Under the pieces are notes generated by a model. That model worked only from the letters and a program-made list of their open reading frames with translations. It ran no database searches and was not told where the DNA came from. A stretch of 64,000 nt of DNA from Gemmatimonadota bacterium (GTDB taxonomy: Bacteria > Latescibacterota > UBA2968 > GCA-2709665): the NCBI GenBank assembly GCA_028874335.1, contig JAPPJY010000003.1, positions 1,618-65,617 of the forward strand, written 5' to 3'. Position 1 is the first letter of the stretch; each line of letters begins with the position of its first letter. Both the position numbers and the translations under genes were made by a program. Below, in pieces: positions 47,917 through 57,832 of this stretch.

Positions 47917-48687
47917 ATGGCAGAGCCTTCTCTCCAGGATCTTCTGGCCTTCAGCACCCACGCGGCCTGGCAGGCCGGGCGCATTACCCTTCGCTACTTT
48001 CAGACCGGCGTCCAGGTTGACAGGAAATCGGACGACAGCCCCGTTACCGAAGCCGACCGGGCCGCGGAGCGCAGGATCGCCGGACTGATACAGGACCGTT
48101 TTCCGGATGATGCCATCGTCGGAGAGGAATTCGGCGACCGGGACGGCCGGACCGGCCGCCGCTGGATTATCGACCCGATCGACGGAACGAAGTCCTTCGT
48201 CCACGGCGTGCCGCTTTTCGGCGTGATGATCTGCGTGGAAATCGACGGCGTCCCGTCCGTTGGCGTGGTCCACCTACCCGCTTTGAATGAGATGGTCTGC
48301 GCCGCCAGGGGATCGGGCTGCACGTGGAACGGCCGCCCGGCGGGCGTCTCCACGGTCTCGCGCCTGGAAGACGCGCTCCTCTGCGCGACCGACTTCGAGA
48401 CGTTCGCCGAGTTTGGAAGGGATGGCGCGTACAGAAACCTGGCGGGCAGGGTCGCTTACTGCCGCGGATGGGGGGACTGTTACGGGCACATCCTCGTCGC
48501 CACGGGCCGTGCGGAAATCATGCTGGACCCCATCATGGCCGTGTGGGACTGCGCGGCGCTGCAGCCGATACTGGAAGAAGCGGGCGGCACGTTTACGGAC
48601 TGGAGCGGAAACCCGTCCATCCGGGGCGACGAGGCGATTTCCACCAACGGGGTCCTGTTCGACGAGGTGATGCGGAGCGTCGCATAG
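47917..48687 (+). CDS. hisN: histidinol-phosphatase, inositol monophosphatase family
   Basis: KSDDSPVTEAD, GEEFG, WIIDPIDGTKSF, GWGDCYG, WDCAA; upstream TTGACT-N17-TACATT. Confidence 0.85.
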   Translation: MAEPSLQDLLAFSTHAAWQAGRITLRYFQTGVQVDRKSDDSPVTEADRAAERRIAGLIQDRFPDDAIVGEEFGDRDGRTGRRWIIDPIDGTKSFVHGVPLFGVMICVEIDGVPSVGVVHLPALNEMVCAARGSGCTWNGRPAGVSTVSRLEDALLCATDFETFAEFGRDGAYRNLAGRVAYCRGWGDCYGHILVATGRAEIMLDPIMAVWDCAALQPILEEAGGTFTDWSGNPSIRGDEAISTNGVLFDEVMRSVA

Positions 48688-48753
48688 TTCCGCGTGCAAT
48701 TCATCCAGGTCTACGCCTGGAAGGCCTCCCGGAAAAACGGGATTCCGGCTTTC

Positions 48754-50250
48754 TCAATAGTAATACCCGAGCATGATGCACATCTCGTCGTTCTCGGCCG
48801 TAAATCCGAATCGGATGGTAAAGTCCTTGTCGTCGTTTTCGTGGGTGCATTCGAATCGCAGGGTTTGTCCAGCCCTCACTTCGAGTGCAGGATTGTACAG
48901 ATTTGTAACCGGTTCGTCCCACTCATCGCTACGATAGATCCTTTCATCATCCAGGAAGATATCGAATCGCCGGCCGTGGCGATGCATGTGCGATGACAGC
49001 ATGACGAGGTTGACGTCTCGTCGCAGCGTCCAGTCGCGGCCGGCGGTCACAGTTTGACCCGGCGGAACCTGGATGGGGAAGAAGCTCTCAAAGATGGGTT
49101 TTGCGGCCTCCCTGACGCTGTCGGCGGGCATTGAGTGCAGATTGACGTACACCTCGCCGATGAGCGTGTTCTCCCCCGACGTGTTCACAAAATGGGAGTT
49201 CAATTCGTAGACCGCATCGGCAGGCATCGGGATCGCGATGCCCTCCGGGAAATCGAAAACCGCCTCTGGCGACTGGCTGCCCACGACAAACCTTTTCCGG
49301 AAGATACCGAGCGCCTCGACCGGATCCAGATCGCGAATTCCCGGAGGGGGCGGGTTATCGTTGGTCGACTGATAGAGGATGAAGTGATGGCTGCCTTCCG
49401 GTTGGAACACTTCGATTTTGTTCACCATCAGGTCTTTCGCGACCCTCAGCCGCGTCGTCGAGAAAATCTCCCGTTCCGACCGTGGAGGGATCGCAAAGGG
49501 TTTCAGGTGAAGCTGTGTGCCCCGCGCGGGCGGCGCCGGCGGCTGAAAATAAAACTCCGTATTGTGCAGGATCCGATCCAGGTCGGGCGCATCCGGCACG
49601 ACGCTGTCGCGGGGCGCCCCGGCCGCGATCCACGCCCGGATCGCATCGATCGCGACACCGCTCAAGCTGGAATATGACCTGGGCATCCGATCGCCGTACC
49701 CCACACCGGAACCGGTCAGCTTCGTCATCAGAAAACTCTTGTCGGGCTCACCTGCCCTGACCAGCAGCATCCCCTCTTCCCGCGCCTTCGCGTTCTGCGG
49801 CACCCGCCCCACGAGCTGCTCGTATGCCACGTCGGGTTCGAGCGAAAGCCCGGCGGCGGCCCAAGCAGAGCTGTGGCAGGAACTGCTGATGCAGCTCTCG
49901 TTGAAGATATGGTCCTGTATCGCCTCGAACGTGGAGCGGACGCCGTCGACGCCGGTCTCTCCCTCTTCGTGGGTGACCTTGCCGAAGTCCCCGGCAAACT
50001 GCAGGAAGTCCTCGAAGTCCACCTGCCCGTCGTCGTTCAGATCGAACCGGACGTTCGTGGATCCGTACGCTTCGGCGAACAGCAGGAAATCCGAAAATCC
50101 AACCTGCCCGTCTCCGTCGAAATCCGACCCGATACTGTGGGACAGGACCGCAACAGGAATCAGCAGGAAAACCGTTGCGGCCAGGGTGATGCGACGACGC
50201 AAATCCAGTCGCCGTCGAACAATCTGCTTATGATGTGCTCTCCGAATCAT
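48754..50250 (-). CDS. secreted EF-hand/dockerin + cytochrome c-like + copper type II monooxygenase-like protein
   Basis: DFDGDGQVGFSDF and DLNDDGQVDFEDF; CISSSCH...RMP; GSHHFILY, NSHFVN, SHMH, DEMC. Confidence 0.8.
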   Translation of the reverse strand: MIRRAHHKQIVRRRLDLRRRITLAATVFLLIPVAVLSHSIGSDFDGDGQVGFSDFLLFAEAYGSTNVRFDLNDDGQVDFEDFLQFAGDFGKVTHEEGETGVDGVRSTFEAIQDHIFNESCISSSCHSSAWAAAGLSLEPDVAYEQLVGRVPQNAKAREEGMLLVRAGEPDKSFLMTKLTGSGVGYGDRMPRSYSSLSGVAIDAIRAWIAAGAPRDSVVPDAPDLDRILHNTEFYFQPPAPPARGTQLHLKPFAIPPRSEREIFSTTRLRVAKDLMVNKIEVFQPEGSHHFILYQSTNDNPPPPGIRDLDPVEALGIFRKRFVVGSQSPEAVFDFPEGIAIPMPADAVYELNSHFVNTSGENTLIGEVYVNLHSMPADSVREAAKPIFESFFPIQVPPGQTVTAGRDWTLRRDVNLVMLSSHMHRHGRRFDIFLDDERIYRSDEWDEPVTNLYNPALEVRAGQTLRFECTHENDDKDFTIRFGFTAENDEMCIMLGYYY

Positions 50251-50283
50251 GTATATCGCCCGTGTCGAGCCTGTCGAAGCCAC

Positions 50284-51027
50284 TCAGTTTTCCGTCGATC
50301 CGTATTCTCGCCTCGCCCGCTCCAGGGTCTCGGGATTTCCGATATCGATCGCCGTTCCGCGAAGCCTGTGCGCATACACGGGTTCCACGTGACAGAGCCA
50401 TTCCACGAAGTGGCCGGGCGCATCCGGCGTCCGGCCGCTCTCGATGTATTCGTCGAACCGCTTCAACGTGGATGCCGGGTAGACGTAAAAAGCGGCCGAA
50501 CCCCATGACGACGCCGGGATTTCGGGCTTTTCGTCGAACTGTAACACCCGGTTCTCCGCATCCAGAACTGCGATGCCGCGCCGGCGGCGGTCCTCCGGGT
50601 CGTCCACGTGACAGACGCAGATGTGGGCTACAGGATTGGCGCTGAAGTCCGCCACCAGGTCCGCAAGGCGAAACTGAAACAGATTGTCAGAACCACATAC
50701 GAGGACATCATCGGATATGTTCCGCGTCTGAATGGCGAACCGGATGTCCCCCACCGCACCCAGGCGGTTTTCGTTGGACGTGGTCCCGTCGTCGATCACG
50801 TCGACGTCCAGGCGGCCGTTCCGTCCGGCCGCCCACCGCTCGAAATGGCCGGCGAACCGGTTGTTGGTTACCAGATATACCCCATCAACGTCCGGAACGG
50901 TCTCGATCTGGTCCATCAGATAGTCCACGATCGCGCGCCCGCCCACCTCGAGCAGCCCCTTCGGAAAATTCAGGGTGAGTGGATACAGTCGGGTGGCGTA
51001 ACCCGCCGCAATGACGATCGCTTTCAT
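50284..51027 (-). CDS. sugar-phosphate nucleotidyltransferase family protein
   Basis: AAGYATRLYPLT..PK, DNLF, DEKP, DIG. Confidence 0.9.
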   Translation of the reverse strand: MKAIVIAAGYATRLYPLTLNFPKGLLEVGGRAIVDYLMDQIETVPDVDGVYLVTNNRFAGHFERWAAGRNGRLDVDVIDDGTTSNENRLGAVGDIRFAIQTRNISDDVLVCGSDNLFQFRLADLVADFSANPVAHICVCHVDDPEDRRRRGIAVLDAENRVLQFDEKPEIPASSWGSAAFYVYPASTLKRFDEYIESGRTPDAPGHFVEWLCHVEPVYAHRLRGTAIDIGNPETLERARREYGSTEN

Positions 51028-51424
51028 CTACCTCTCCGTGCCGGAGCTAGTGTCCTGTCCCGAAAATTCCTCACCATTCGGCCGCCGATTCATCCCGTCT
51101 CGCTGCGTTCCCCACGCTCGCCGACCATACGCAGGTCGCCTGCGCTCAGGCGCCTTGCGAGACGGGCGACTCAGCGGCCGAATTCAGGCAACTTATTTCC
51201 GGGACAGAACACTGGACGATACAACGAACGGATCTAAGACGATACGCTGACGCAATCGCGCCGTCACCCCTCCTGTTTCTTTACCGGCCTGGCCGAAATC
51301 TGCTGACATTCAGGACCGGGTTAATTATATATAGGAAAGATTGCAGGGGCAAGGGATTATCCGGAAAAACGCCCGTGCCGGTCATATCCTGAATGCGCGA
51401 TTCGCCCCATCCAGGAGACGTGCG

Positions 51425-52258
51425 ATGACGCCTTCCGAACTGACGGACCGCTTGAAGCCGGCCTGCCCCGCACTGGACGTTCACGTGCATCCGCTGGACT
51501 GTTTCGGTCTCTACAGGATCGCCGACGCCAGGGAAGACGCACGCCTCATTATCGACTCCGCCGCGCGCGCGGGGGTGGAAAAGATGTGCCTGTTCTCACT
51601 TTACACCACCTGCCCGAGAAAGCCGTCGGTTGAAGCGTTCAGGCAGGCAAACGACTACGCACTCTCCATGCGGGACCTGGCGCCGGATATCTTCATCCCC
51701 TTCTGCTACGTGAATCCGATGTACCCCGCGGAGTCCGTTGCGGAAATCGACCGCTGCATCGAAAGCGAGCGTATGGGCGGAATCAAGCTGTGGGTCGCGC
51801 GCCGCGCCACCGATCCGGGCCTGGACCCCATTCTGGAACGCGCGGTTCAATTCGGCGTTCCGGTGCTTCAGCACGCGTGGATCAAGACGGACGGCAATCT
51901 TGTGGGCGAGTCCTTTCCGGCTGACGTGGCTCACCTGGCGCGGCGTCACCCGGAGGCCAATATCATCATGGCTCATATGAATGGATGCGGGCTTGCGGGC
52001 ATGGAAGACGTGGCGGACTGTCCGAATATCTACGTCGATACCTCGGGAGGAGACCCGGACAGCGGCATCGTGGAAGCGGCTGCGTCAACCATCGGACCCG
52101 AGCGCATCGTCTACGGGTCCGACGCTCCCATCCGGCATTTCGGCGTGCAGCTCGGCAAGACGCTCGGAACCGATCTTCCGGATGCGGTCAAGAAAGAGAT
52201 CCTCTGGAATAACACCGCCCGACTTCTGCCGGCGTGGTCCGGCGTCCGGACCCTCTGA
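51425..52258 (+). CDS. amidohydrolase_2 family protein
   Basis: DVHVH, GGIKL, LQH, MAHM, YGSDAP; AGGAG RBS. Confidence 0.88.
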   Translation: MTPSELTDRLKPACPALDVHVHPLDCFGLYRIADAREDARLIIDSAARAGVEKMCLFSLYTTCPRKPSVEAFRQANDYALSMRDLAPDIFIPFCYVNPMYPAESVAEIDRCIESERMGGIKLWVARRATDPGLDPILERAVQFGVPVLQHAWIKTDGNLVGESFPADVAHLARRHPEANIIMAHMNGCGLAGMEDVADCPNIYVDTSGGDPDSGIVEAAASTIGPERIVYGSDAPIRHFGVQLGKTLGTDLPDAVKKEILWNNTARLLPAWSGVRTL

Positions 52259-52332
52259 CCGGTCGTCGCGGGCGGCCCGTAGCGACGGGGCTAATTTGCG
52301 CGTAACGAACGAATCGTGCCGGAGAGAACGAC

Positions 52333-53085
52333 ATGATCATTGACATCAACGCCTATGCCGGACACTGGCCCTCCCATCCCGTGGAGGGCGCGCTTGACTC
52401 CGTTCGCGCCTCCCTCAGGGAATACGGCGTGGAACGCATGTGCGTTTCGCCTCTCGACGCCGCGTGGTGCCGCAATCCGCATCGATTCAACGACGATCTC
52501 TACGCTGCAGCGAACGCGACCGGCGACGTCTGGCCCGTTCCCGTTCTGGATCCGACCATCGCCACCTGGCGCGACGAACTCGAGCGGGCCAGGGAGCAAG
52601 CCAGGGTCCGCCTGGTCAAACTCCTTCCCGCCTATTGCGGATACGATCTGGACTTCGCGTCCGGCTTGTTCGCGGCCCTCGCACGCGCCGGACTCGGCGT
52701 CATCGTGCAGACGCGGCTCGAAGACCCGCGAAGGCAGCATCCACTCGCCCAGGTACCCGACGTACCCGCGGCCGAAATCGCGGACGCCGCAAAGCGCCAC
52801 CCCGGCCTTCTCACCATCATCGGAGGGCCGCGCACGGCCGAAATCAGGGGACTTCGAGACAGGATTCTGGGTCTCCCCAACCTCTACGCGGACGTCTCCC
52901 AGTCGGACGGTATGGACGCGGTAAAGGTGCTGGTGGAAGACGGGCTGAGAGACAAACTGCTGTTCGGCTCTCATGCGCCGCTCTTCATCCCCTATTCAGC
53001 GATTTCGCGGGTCGTCACCGATCTCTCAGACGACGACGCGGCCGCCATCCTCGGAGGGAACGCCGGTCGAATCGTCAACTGGTAA
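52333..53085 (+). CDS. amidohydrolase-fold protein (degenerate metal site)
   Basis: IIDINAYAGHWP, LLFGSHAP, ILGGNA. Confidence 0.82.
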   Translation: MIIDINAYAGHWPSHPVEGALDSVRASLREYGVERMCVSPLDAAWCRNPHRFNDDLYAAANATGDVWPVPVLDPTIATWRDELERAREQARVRLVKLLPAYCGYDLDFASGLFAALARAGLGVIVQTRLEDPRRQHPLAQVPDVPAAEIADAAKRHPGLLTIIGGPRTAEIRGLRDRILGLPNLYADVSQSDGMDAVKVLVEDGLRDKLLFGSHAPLFIPYSAISRVVTDLSDDDAAAILGGNAGRIVNW

Positions 53086-53110
53086 CCGGGCGTTAGACGA
53101 AAGGCCCAAC

Positions 53111-53833
53111 GTGCCGAAGAAAGAAATCCTCATCACAGGCGCGGCCGGAAGAATCGGACGGGTCCTGCGAGAGGGATTGAAGGAAGACTACCGCCTCAGA
53201 CTGCTCTATCACAACACCGTTCTCCCGGCACGTCCCGGCGAAGAGGTGCATATCTCAAGCATTACCGATATGGATCGGGTCATCGCGGCGGTGAAGGGCG
53301 TGGACGCCGTGGTCCACATGGCCGGGAATCCCAACGGGAGCGCCTCCTTCGAAGAAATCCTCGAAGCGAATATCCGCGGTACCTACACCGTTTACGAAGC
53401 CGCCCGAAGGACAGACGTCGGCCGCGTCGTGTTCGCCAGCAGCAACCACGTTACCGGGTATTACGAAAAGAACGGCATCGGTACCACGACCGAGGTGAAC
53501 GCGCGGCCGGACAGCTTCTACGGGGCCAGCAAGGCGTACGGCGAGGACCTGGGGCGGTACTACGCGGACGCATTCGGGCTATCGGTGATCTGCCTGCGGA
53601 TCGGATCCTTTCAGCCCGCCGACTCGGTCATCAACCGCACGAGCGACCGGATCCTCGCGTCCTGGCTCAGCCACCGCGATACCGTTCAACTCGTGCGTTG
53701 CAGCATCGAGACCGGCGTCCGTTTCGGCATCTATTACGGCATTTCGAACAATACGCGCGCGTACTGGGACCTCCGAAACGCCCGCGAGGAACTCGGGTAC
53801 GCCCCTGAAGACGACGCGGAGACCTACGCCTGA
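53111..53833 (+). CDS. NAD-dependent epimerase / uronate dehydrogenase-like SDR
   Basis: ITGAAGRIG, FASSNHV, PDSFYGASK, LRIGS, YGISNN. Confidence 0.88.
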   Translation: MPKKEILITGAAGRIGRVLREGLKEDYRLRLLYHNTVLPARPGEEVHISSITDMDRVIAAVKGVDAVVHMAGNPNGSASFEEILEANIRGTYTVYEAARRTDVGRVVFASSNHVTGYYEKNGIGTTTEVNARPDSFYGASKAYGEDLGRYYADAFGLSVICLRIGSFQPADSVINRTSDRILASWLSHRDTVQLVRCSIETGVRFGIYYGISNNTRAYWDLRNAREELGYAPEDDAETYA

Positions 53834-53880
53834 AGGATGGAACAATAACGGGGACCCGGGTTGCCCGGCCGCCGCCGGTT

Positions 53881-54585
53881 TCAGAAATGCCGCTTCGCTT
53901 CCGACAGCCCGCCCAGAATGAAATCGGCCTCGTCGTGCCGCTGGCGCGCGGTGAAGAAATTGGGCACCGCGAACACGGTCATCCCCGCGGCCTTGCCGGC
54001 TTTCACGCCCGCCTCGCTGTCTTCGATTACCGCACACCGGTCCGGTTCGACGTTCATTTTTCCTGCAGCCATCAGGTAGATGTCCGGCGCCGGTTTCAGC
54101 CGTTCCACGTCGCTGCCTGACAGCATCACGTCGAACACCTCGCCCAGGTCATGCACGCCATCCATTCTGGACAGCATGCCGCTGTTCAGCGTCTTCATCA
54201 TCCGGTCCCGCTGTGTGGACGACGCCAGCGCCAGCGGGTAACCGCGGTTCCCGACGTGCGCCAGAAGCTCCAAAATTTCCGGTATCAGCAACACCCGGTC
54301 GGGATTTGAGATCGCTTTCTCGAATCGATCCATCCAGATCTGGCGGAATACATCGGGCGCCACGTCCAACCCGTATCGTTCCACGGCGTACGCGCTGTTT
54401 TCCTCGACGGGATGGCCCACGCAGACCGCATAGTCCTCCCGGCTCATCCCTGCGCCGTAATCTCCCAGCGTCGCGTTGAACGTCTCGCAGTAAACCGCTT
54501 CCGAGTCCACGATCACGCCATCGACATCGAAGATTACGGCATCGTAGGTTCGATCTGTCACGCGGTAGCCCTTGATGGATGCCAT
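53881..54585 (-). CDS. HAD-family phosphatase (beta-PGM/CbbY-like)
   Basis: FDVDGVIVDSE, ASS, KPAPDIY, IEDS..G. Confidence 0.92.
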   Translation of the reverse strand: MASIKGYRVTDRTYDAVIFDVDGVIVDSEAVYCETFNATLGDYGAGMSREDYAVCVGHPVEENSAYAVERYGLDVAPDVFRQIWMDRFEKAISNPDRVLLIPEILELLAHVGNRGYPLALASSTQRDRMMKTLNSGMLSRMDGVHDLGEVFDVMLSGSDVERLKPAPDIYLMAAGKMNVEPDRCAVIEDSEAGVKAGKAAGMTVFAVPNFFTARQRHDEADFILGGLSEAKRHF

Positions 54586-54809
54586 CGCCCGCCCGTGGGA
54601 ACGCCGGTGGACCGCACGATTGTCCAAAATCAAAAAACGGAGCGTTCCGCTGTGGATGCCCCGAACGGTCGTCAATATTTGAGCGGCGGTGGACGAAGTC
54701 AAGGATTTTCCTTGTCTCATGTCCCGGTTTTCCATTATTTCAAATGTGCTCGACACAATCCCGTTACGCCCGACGCCCGGAGCCCGTCTTGTCCCCCAGA
54801 GACCCCGAA

Positions 54810-55442
54810 ATGCTGGAAGGCATCCCGCACGCGCACGCCAACCGGATGCCGCTCTGGCGCGAAGACGGCCGGACCCTGCAGGTGAACGAGATCTTCTACT
54901 CCATCGAAGGTGAAGGCCTGCGCGTCGGGCAGCCAACCACTTTCGTGCGCCTCGCCAGATGCAATCTGCGCTGCTTCTTCTGTGACACCGAATTCGATAC
55001 GTACACTGAACTCGATATCGGCGAAATCCTGGCTGAAGTCGGCCGCTACTCCGCCTCCTGGGTCTGCCTGACCGGTGGAGAACCCCTGGGTCAGAACATC
55101 GGACCGCTCTGCCGGGAACTCCGGTCCGGAGATTACCGTATTCACATCGAGACCAACGGCGCGATCGATCCGGATCCGGATCTCTACAACCTCATCGAAC
55201 ACTGGACCGTCTCTCCCAAGAGAAAGTCCATTGCCGCTGGTCTACGTTACATTACGGAGCTTAAATACGTGGTCGGAAGACACTTCGAGGAGGGCATGGT
55301 CGCAGAAGACCGTGCCGAGTATGTCTACCTTCAACCCGAGTCGAGCAAGCCTGAATACATCAGGAAGGCCCTCGACATCCTCAAACGGCGCCCCGCATGG
55401 CGGCTTTCCTGCAGGATCCACAAAATGCTCGACCTCCCGTAA
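54810..55442 (+). CDS. queE: 7-carboxy-7-deazaguanine synthase, radical SAM
   Basis: NEIFYSIEGEG, CNLRCFFCDT, TGGEP, IETNG, TVSPK, LQP, HK. Confidence 0.92.
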   Translation: MLEGIPHAHANRMPLWREDGRTLQVNEIFYSIEGEGLRVGQPTTFVRLARCNLRCFFCDTEFDTYTELDIGEILAEVGRYSASWVCLTGGEPLGQNIGPLCRELRSGDYRIHIETNGAIDPDPDLYNLIEHWTVSPKRKSIAAGLRYITELKYVVGRHFEEGMVAEDRAEYVYLQPESSKPEYIRKALDILKRRPAWRLSCRIHKMLDLP

Positions 55443-55572
55443 CAACAGCGCAGGCAGCGCGAAAGGAGCGGCGCGGAGGCGCACGAGCCGTTGACCGAAA
55501 CGCCGGTCCCGGCGGGCTGTTCACGTGCGACGAAATCACATTGAATCGCGCTGCGGAAACAGGAGTTTTCGC

Positions 55573-55601
55573 TTGACAATGCTTTCAGGATAGTATAAAT
55601 T
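55573..55601 (+). promoter_or_regulatory. sigma70 promoter of the thrS operon
   Basis: TTGACA-N17-TAAATT. Confidence 0.6.
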
Positions 55602-55822
55602 CATCTGATGTTCTAAGTATATGCACATCAACCTACTTGCGGAGGAGTGTCAACGGAAGGGGTCGTTTGTCGCCAGGTGCTTTGCCGAATGCCACGCGCA
55701 AGTAGAAGGGTCGCGCGTTTTTTTATTATACGGAAGCGAGGTTCGGCGTCCTCGATGCGCCCGCGCCGCTCCTTTCCGGAAAGCCGCCCGTTTGTTGTGA
55801 TTGACGTCTCCACAGCATCTTC

Positions 55823-57772
55823 ATGTCAGAACCGATGCCCCGAACAGGCAACATAACCGTCACCCTGCCGGACGGCTCTCGAAAGGACTTCCGGGAGGGC
55901 GTCACCATCCTGCAGGTGGCCGAATCCATCGGCTCCGGCCTTGCGCGCGCTGCGCTGGCCGGCAAGGTCAACGGCCGGGCCGTGGATCTCAGCAGTACGC
56001 TTCATGACGACGCCGAACTGGAGATCCTCACCTTCTCCAGCGATGCAGGCAAGGAAGTGTACTGGCACAGCACCGCCCATATTATGGCGCAGGCGGTGCA
56101 GGACCTGTTTCCGGACGTCAAAGTCACGCTGGGGCCGCCCATCGAGAATGGCTTCTATTACGACTTCGATCGGGAACAGCCGTTCACGCCGGACGAATTG
56201 CGCAAAATCGAAGCCAGAATGCGGGAACTCATCGCGGAGGCCCAGACCTTCGAGCGCCAGGAAGTCACCCGCGAGGCCGCGATCGATTTGTTCCGGGAAC
56301 GAGGCGAGACCTATAAGCTGGAAATTCTGGAGGAGATCGAACCCGGCGAAATCATCAGCATCTACAGGAATGCCGACAGGTGGCTGGACCTGTGCCGGGG
56401 GCCGCATGTTCCCGACACCGGCCGCATAAAGGCCGTAAGACTGCTGAGTTCTTCGGGCGCATACTGGCGGGGCGACGAAAACAACGTGATGCTCCAGCGC
56501 ATCTACGGCATTTCCTTTCCGGGACAGAAGGACCTCAACGCCTACCTCGAGTACCTGGAAGAAGCAAGGAACCGGGACCACAGGACCCTCGGCCGGCAAC
56601 TCGATCTCTTCTCTATCAACGATACTGCCGGCCCCGGTCTGGTTCTCTGGCACCCCAACGGGGCGCGCATCAGGAACCAGATTGAAGATTTCTGGCGCGA
56701 AGCGCATTACGGCGGCGGCTATGACCTGGTGGGTTCGCCCCACATCGGCAGGTCCCGTCTCTGGGAAACCAGCGGACACCTGGATTTCTTTCGCGAAAAC
56801 ATGTACCCCCCAATGGACATCGACGGCCAGGCGTATTTCGCCAAACCGATGAATTGTCCATTCCACAGCCTCATCTACAAATCCCGCAGGCGCAGCTACA
56901 GAGAGCTTCCCTTCCGCTGGGCCGAACTGGGTACTGTCTACCGCTACGAAATGGTCGGCACGCTGCATGGCCTGTTACGGGTGCGCGGATTCACCCAGGA
57001 CGACGCGCACATCTTCTGTCGTCCGGATCAGGTGGAGGACGAAGTCTCGCGGGTTATCGACTTTACGCTGTTCATCCTCAAGTCGTTCGGTTTCGAAGAC
57101 TTTAACGTCTACATCTCAACCCGCCCCGAGAAAGCGGTTGGAGATCCGGCCGACTGGCAACGAGCCACCGACGCGCTCAAGCGCGCCGTCGATACCCGGA
57201 AGCTGCCGTACCGGATCGACGAAGGCGCCGGCGCGTTCTACGGTCCGAAGATCGACGTGACGATCAACGATGCCCTGAACAGGGAATGGCAGTGCACGAC
57301 CATACAGTTCGACTTCAACCTTCCGGAACGTTTCGACCTCAGCTATGTCGGGTCAGACGGGAAGTTCCACCGGCCGTACATGGTTCATCGCGCCCTTCTG
57401 GGGGCCATGGAACGGTTCTTCGGCCTGCTGATCGAACACTATGCGGGAAACTTCCCGCTCTGGCTGGCTCCGGTGCAGGCCGTCGTACTTCCAATATCCG
57501 ATCCGTTTGCCAACTACGCCGGCGAGGTTGCCAGCCAGCTCAACAGCGCAGGTCTCCGCGCCGAAGTGGACACGCAAGATGCCAGGCTGGGTTTCAAGAT
57601 CCGCGAGGCTGAAGTCCGGAAAATCCCTTATATGGTCATTGTGGGGAAGCAGGAATTCGATGCGCGGTCCATCTCGGTCCGCAGGCATGGCGCCGGTGAC
57701 CTGGGAAGCATGTCCACGCTCGACCTCATTGCCAGGATGCACAAGGAAGTCCAGACGAAAAGCGCGGAGTAA
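55823..57772 (+). CDS. thrS: threonine--tRNA ligase
   Basis: HSTAHIMAQAV, DLCRGPH, RDHR, KPMNCPFH, RVRGFTQDDAH, FYGPKID. Confidence 0.98.
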   Translation: MSEPMPRTGNITVTLPDGSRKDFREGVTILQVAESIGSGLARAALAGKVNGRAVDLSSTLHDDAELEILTFSSDAGKEVYWHSTAHIMAQAVQDLFPDVKVTLGPPIENGFYYDFDREQPFTPDELRKIEARMRELIAEAQTFERQEVTREAAIDLFRERGETYKLEILEEIEPGEIISIYRNADRWLDLCRGPHVPDTGRIKAVRLLSSSGAYWRGDENNVMLQRIYGISFPGQKDLNAYLEYLEEARNRDHRTLGRQLDLFSINDTAGPGLVLWHPNGARIRNQIEDFWREAHYGGGYDLVGSPHIGRSRLWETSGHLDFFRENMYPPMDIDGQAYFAKPMNCPFHSLIYKSRRRSYRELPFRWAELGTVYRYEMVGTLHGLLRVRGFTQDDAHIFCRPDQVEDEVSRVIDFTLFILKSFGFEDFNVYISTRPEKAVGDPADWQRATDALKRAVDTRKLPYRIDEGAGAFYGPKIDVTINDALNREWQCTTIQFDFNLPERFDLSYVGSDGKFHRPYMVHRALLGAMERFFGLLIEHYAGNFPLWLAPVQAVVLPISDPFANYAGEVASQLNSAGLRAEVDTQDARLGFKIREAEVRKIPYMVIVGKQEFDARSISVRRHGAGDLGSMSTLDLIARMHKEVQTKSAE

Positions 57773-57832
57773 TCCCCTCTATTCTCCAATCAGGCCCGAC
57801 CGCGGCCCGGATCAAATTCGGAGGTGATCGGT

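Noticed and set aside
55605-55822. T-box riboswitch upstream of thrS
   Set aside because: No GGTGGNACC T-box consensus or specifier loop recognisable
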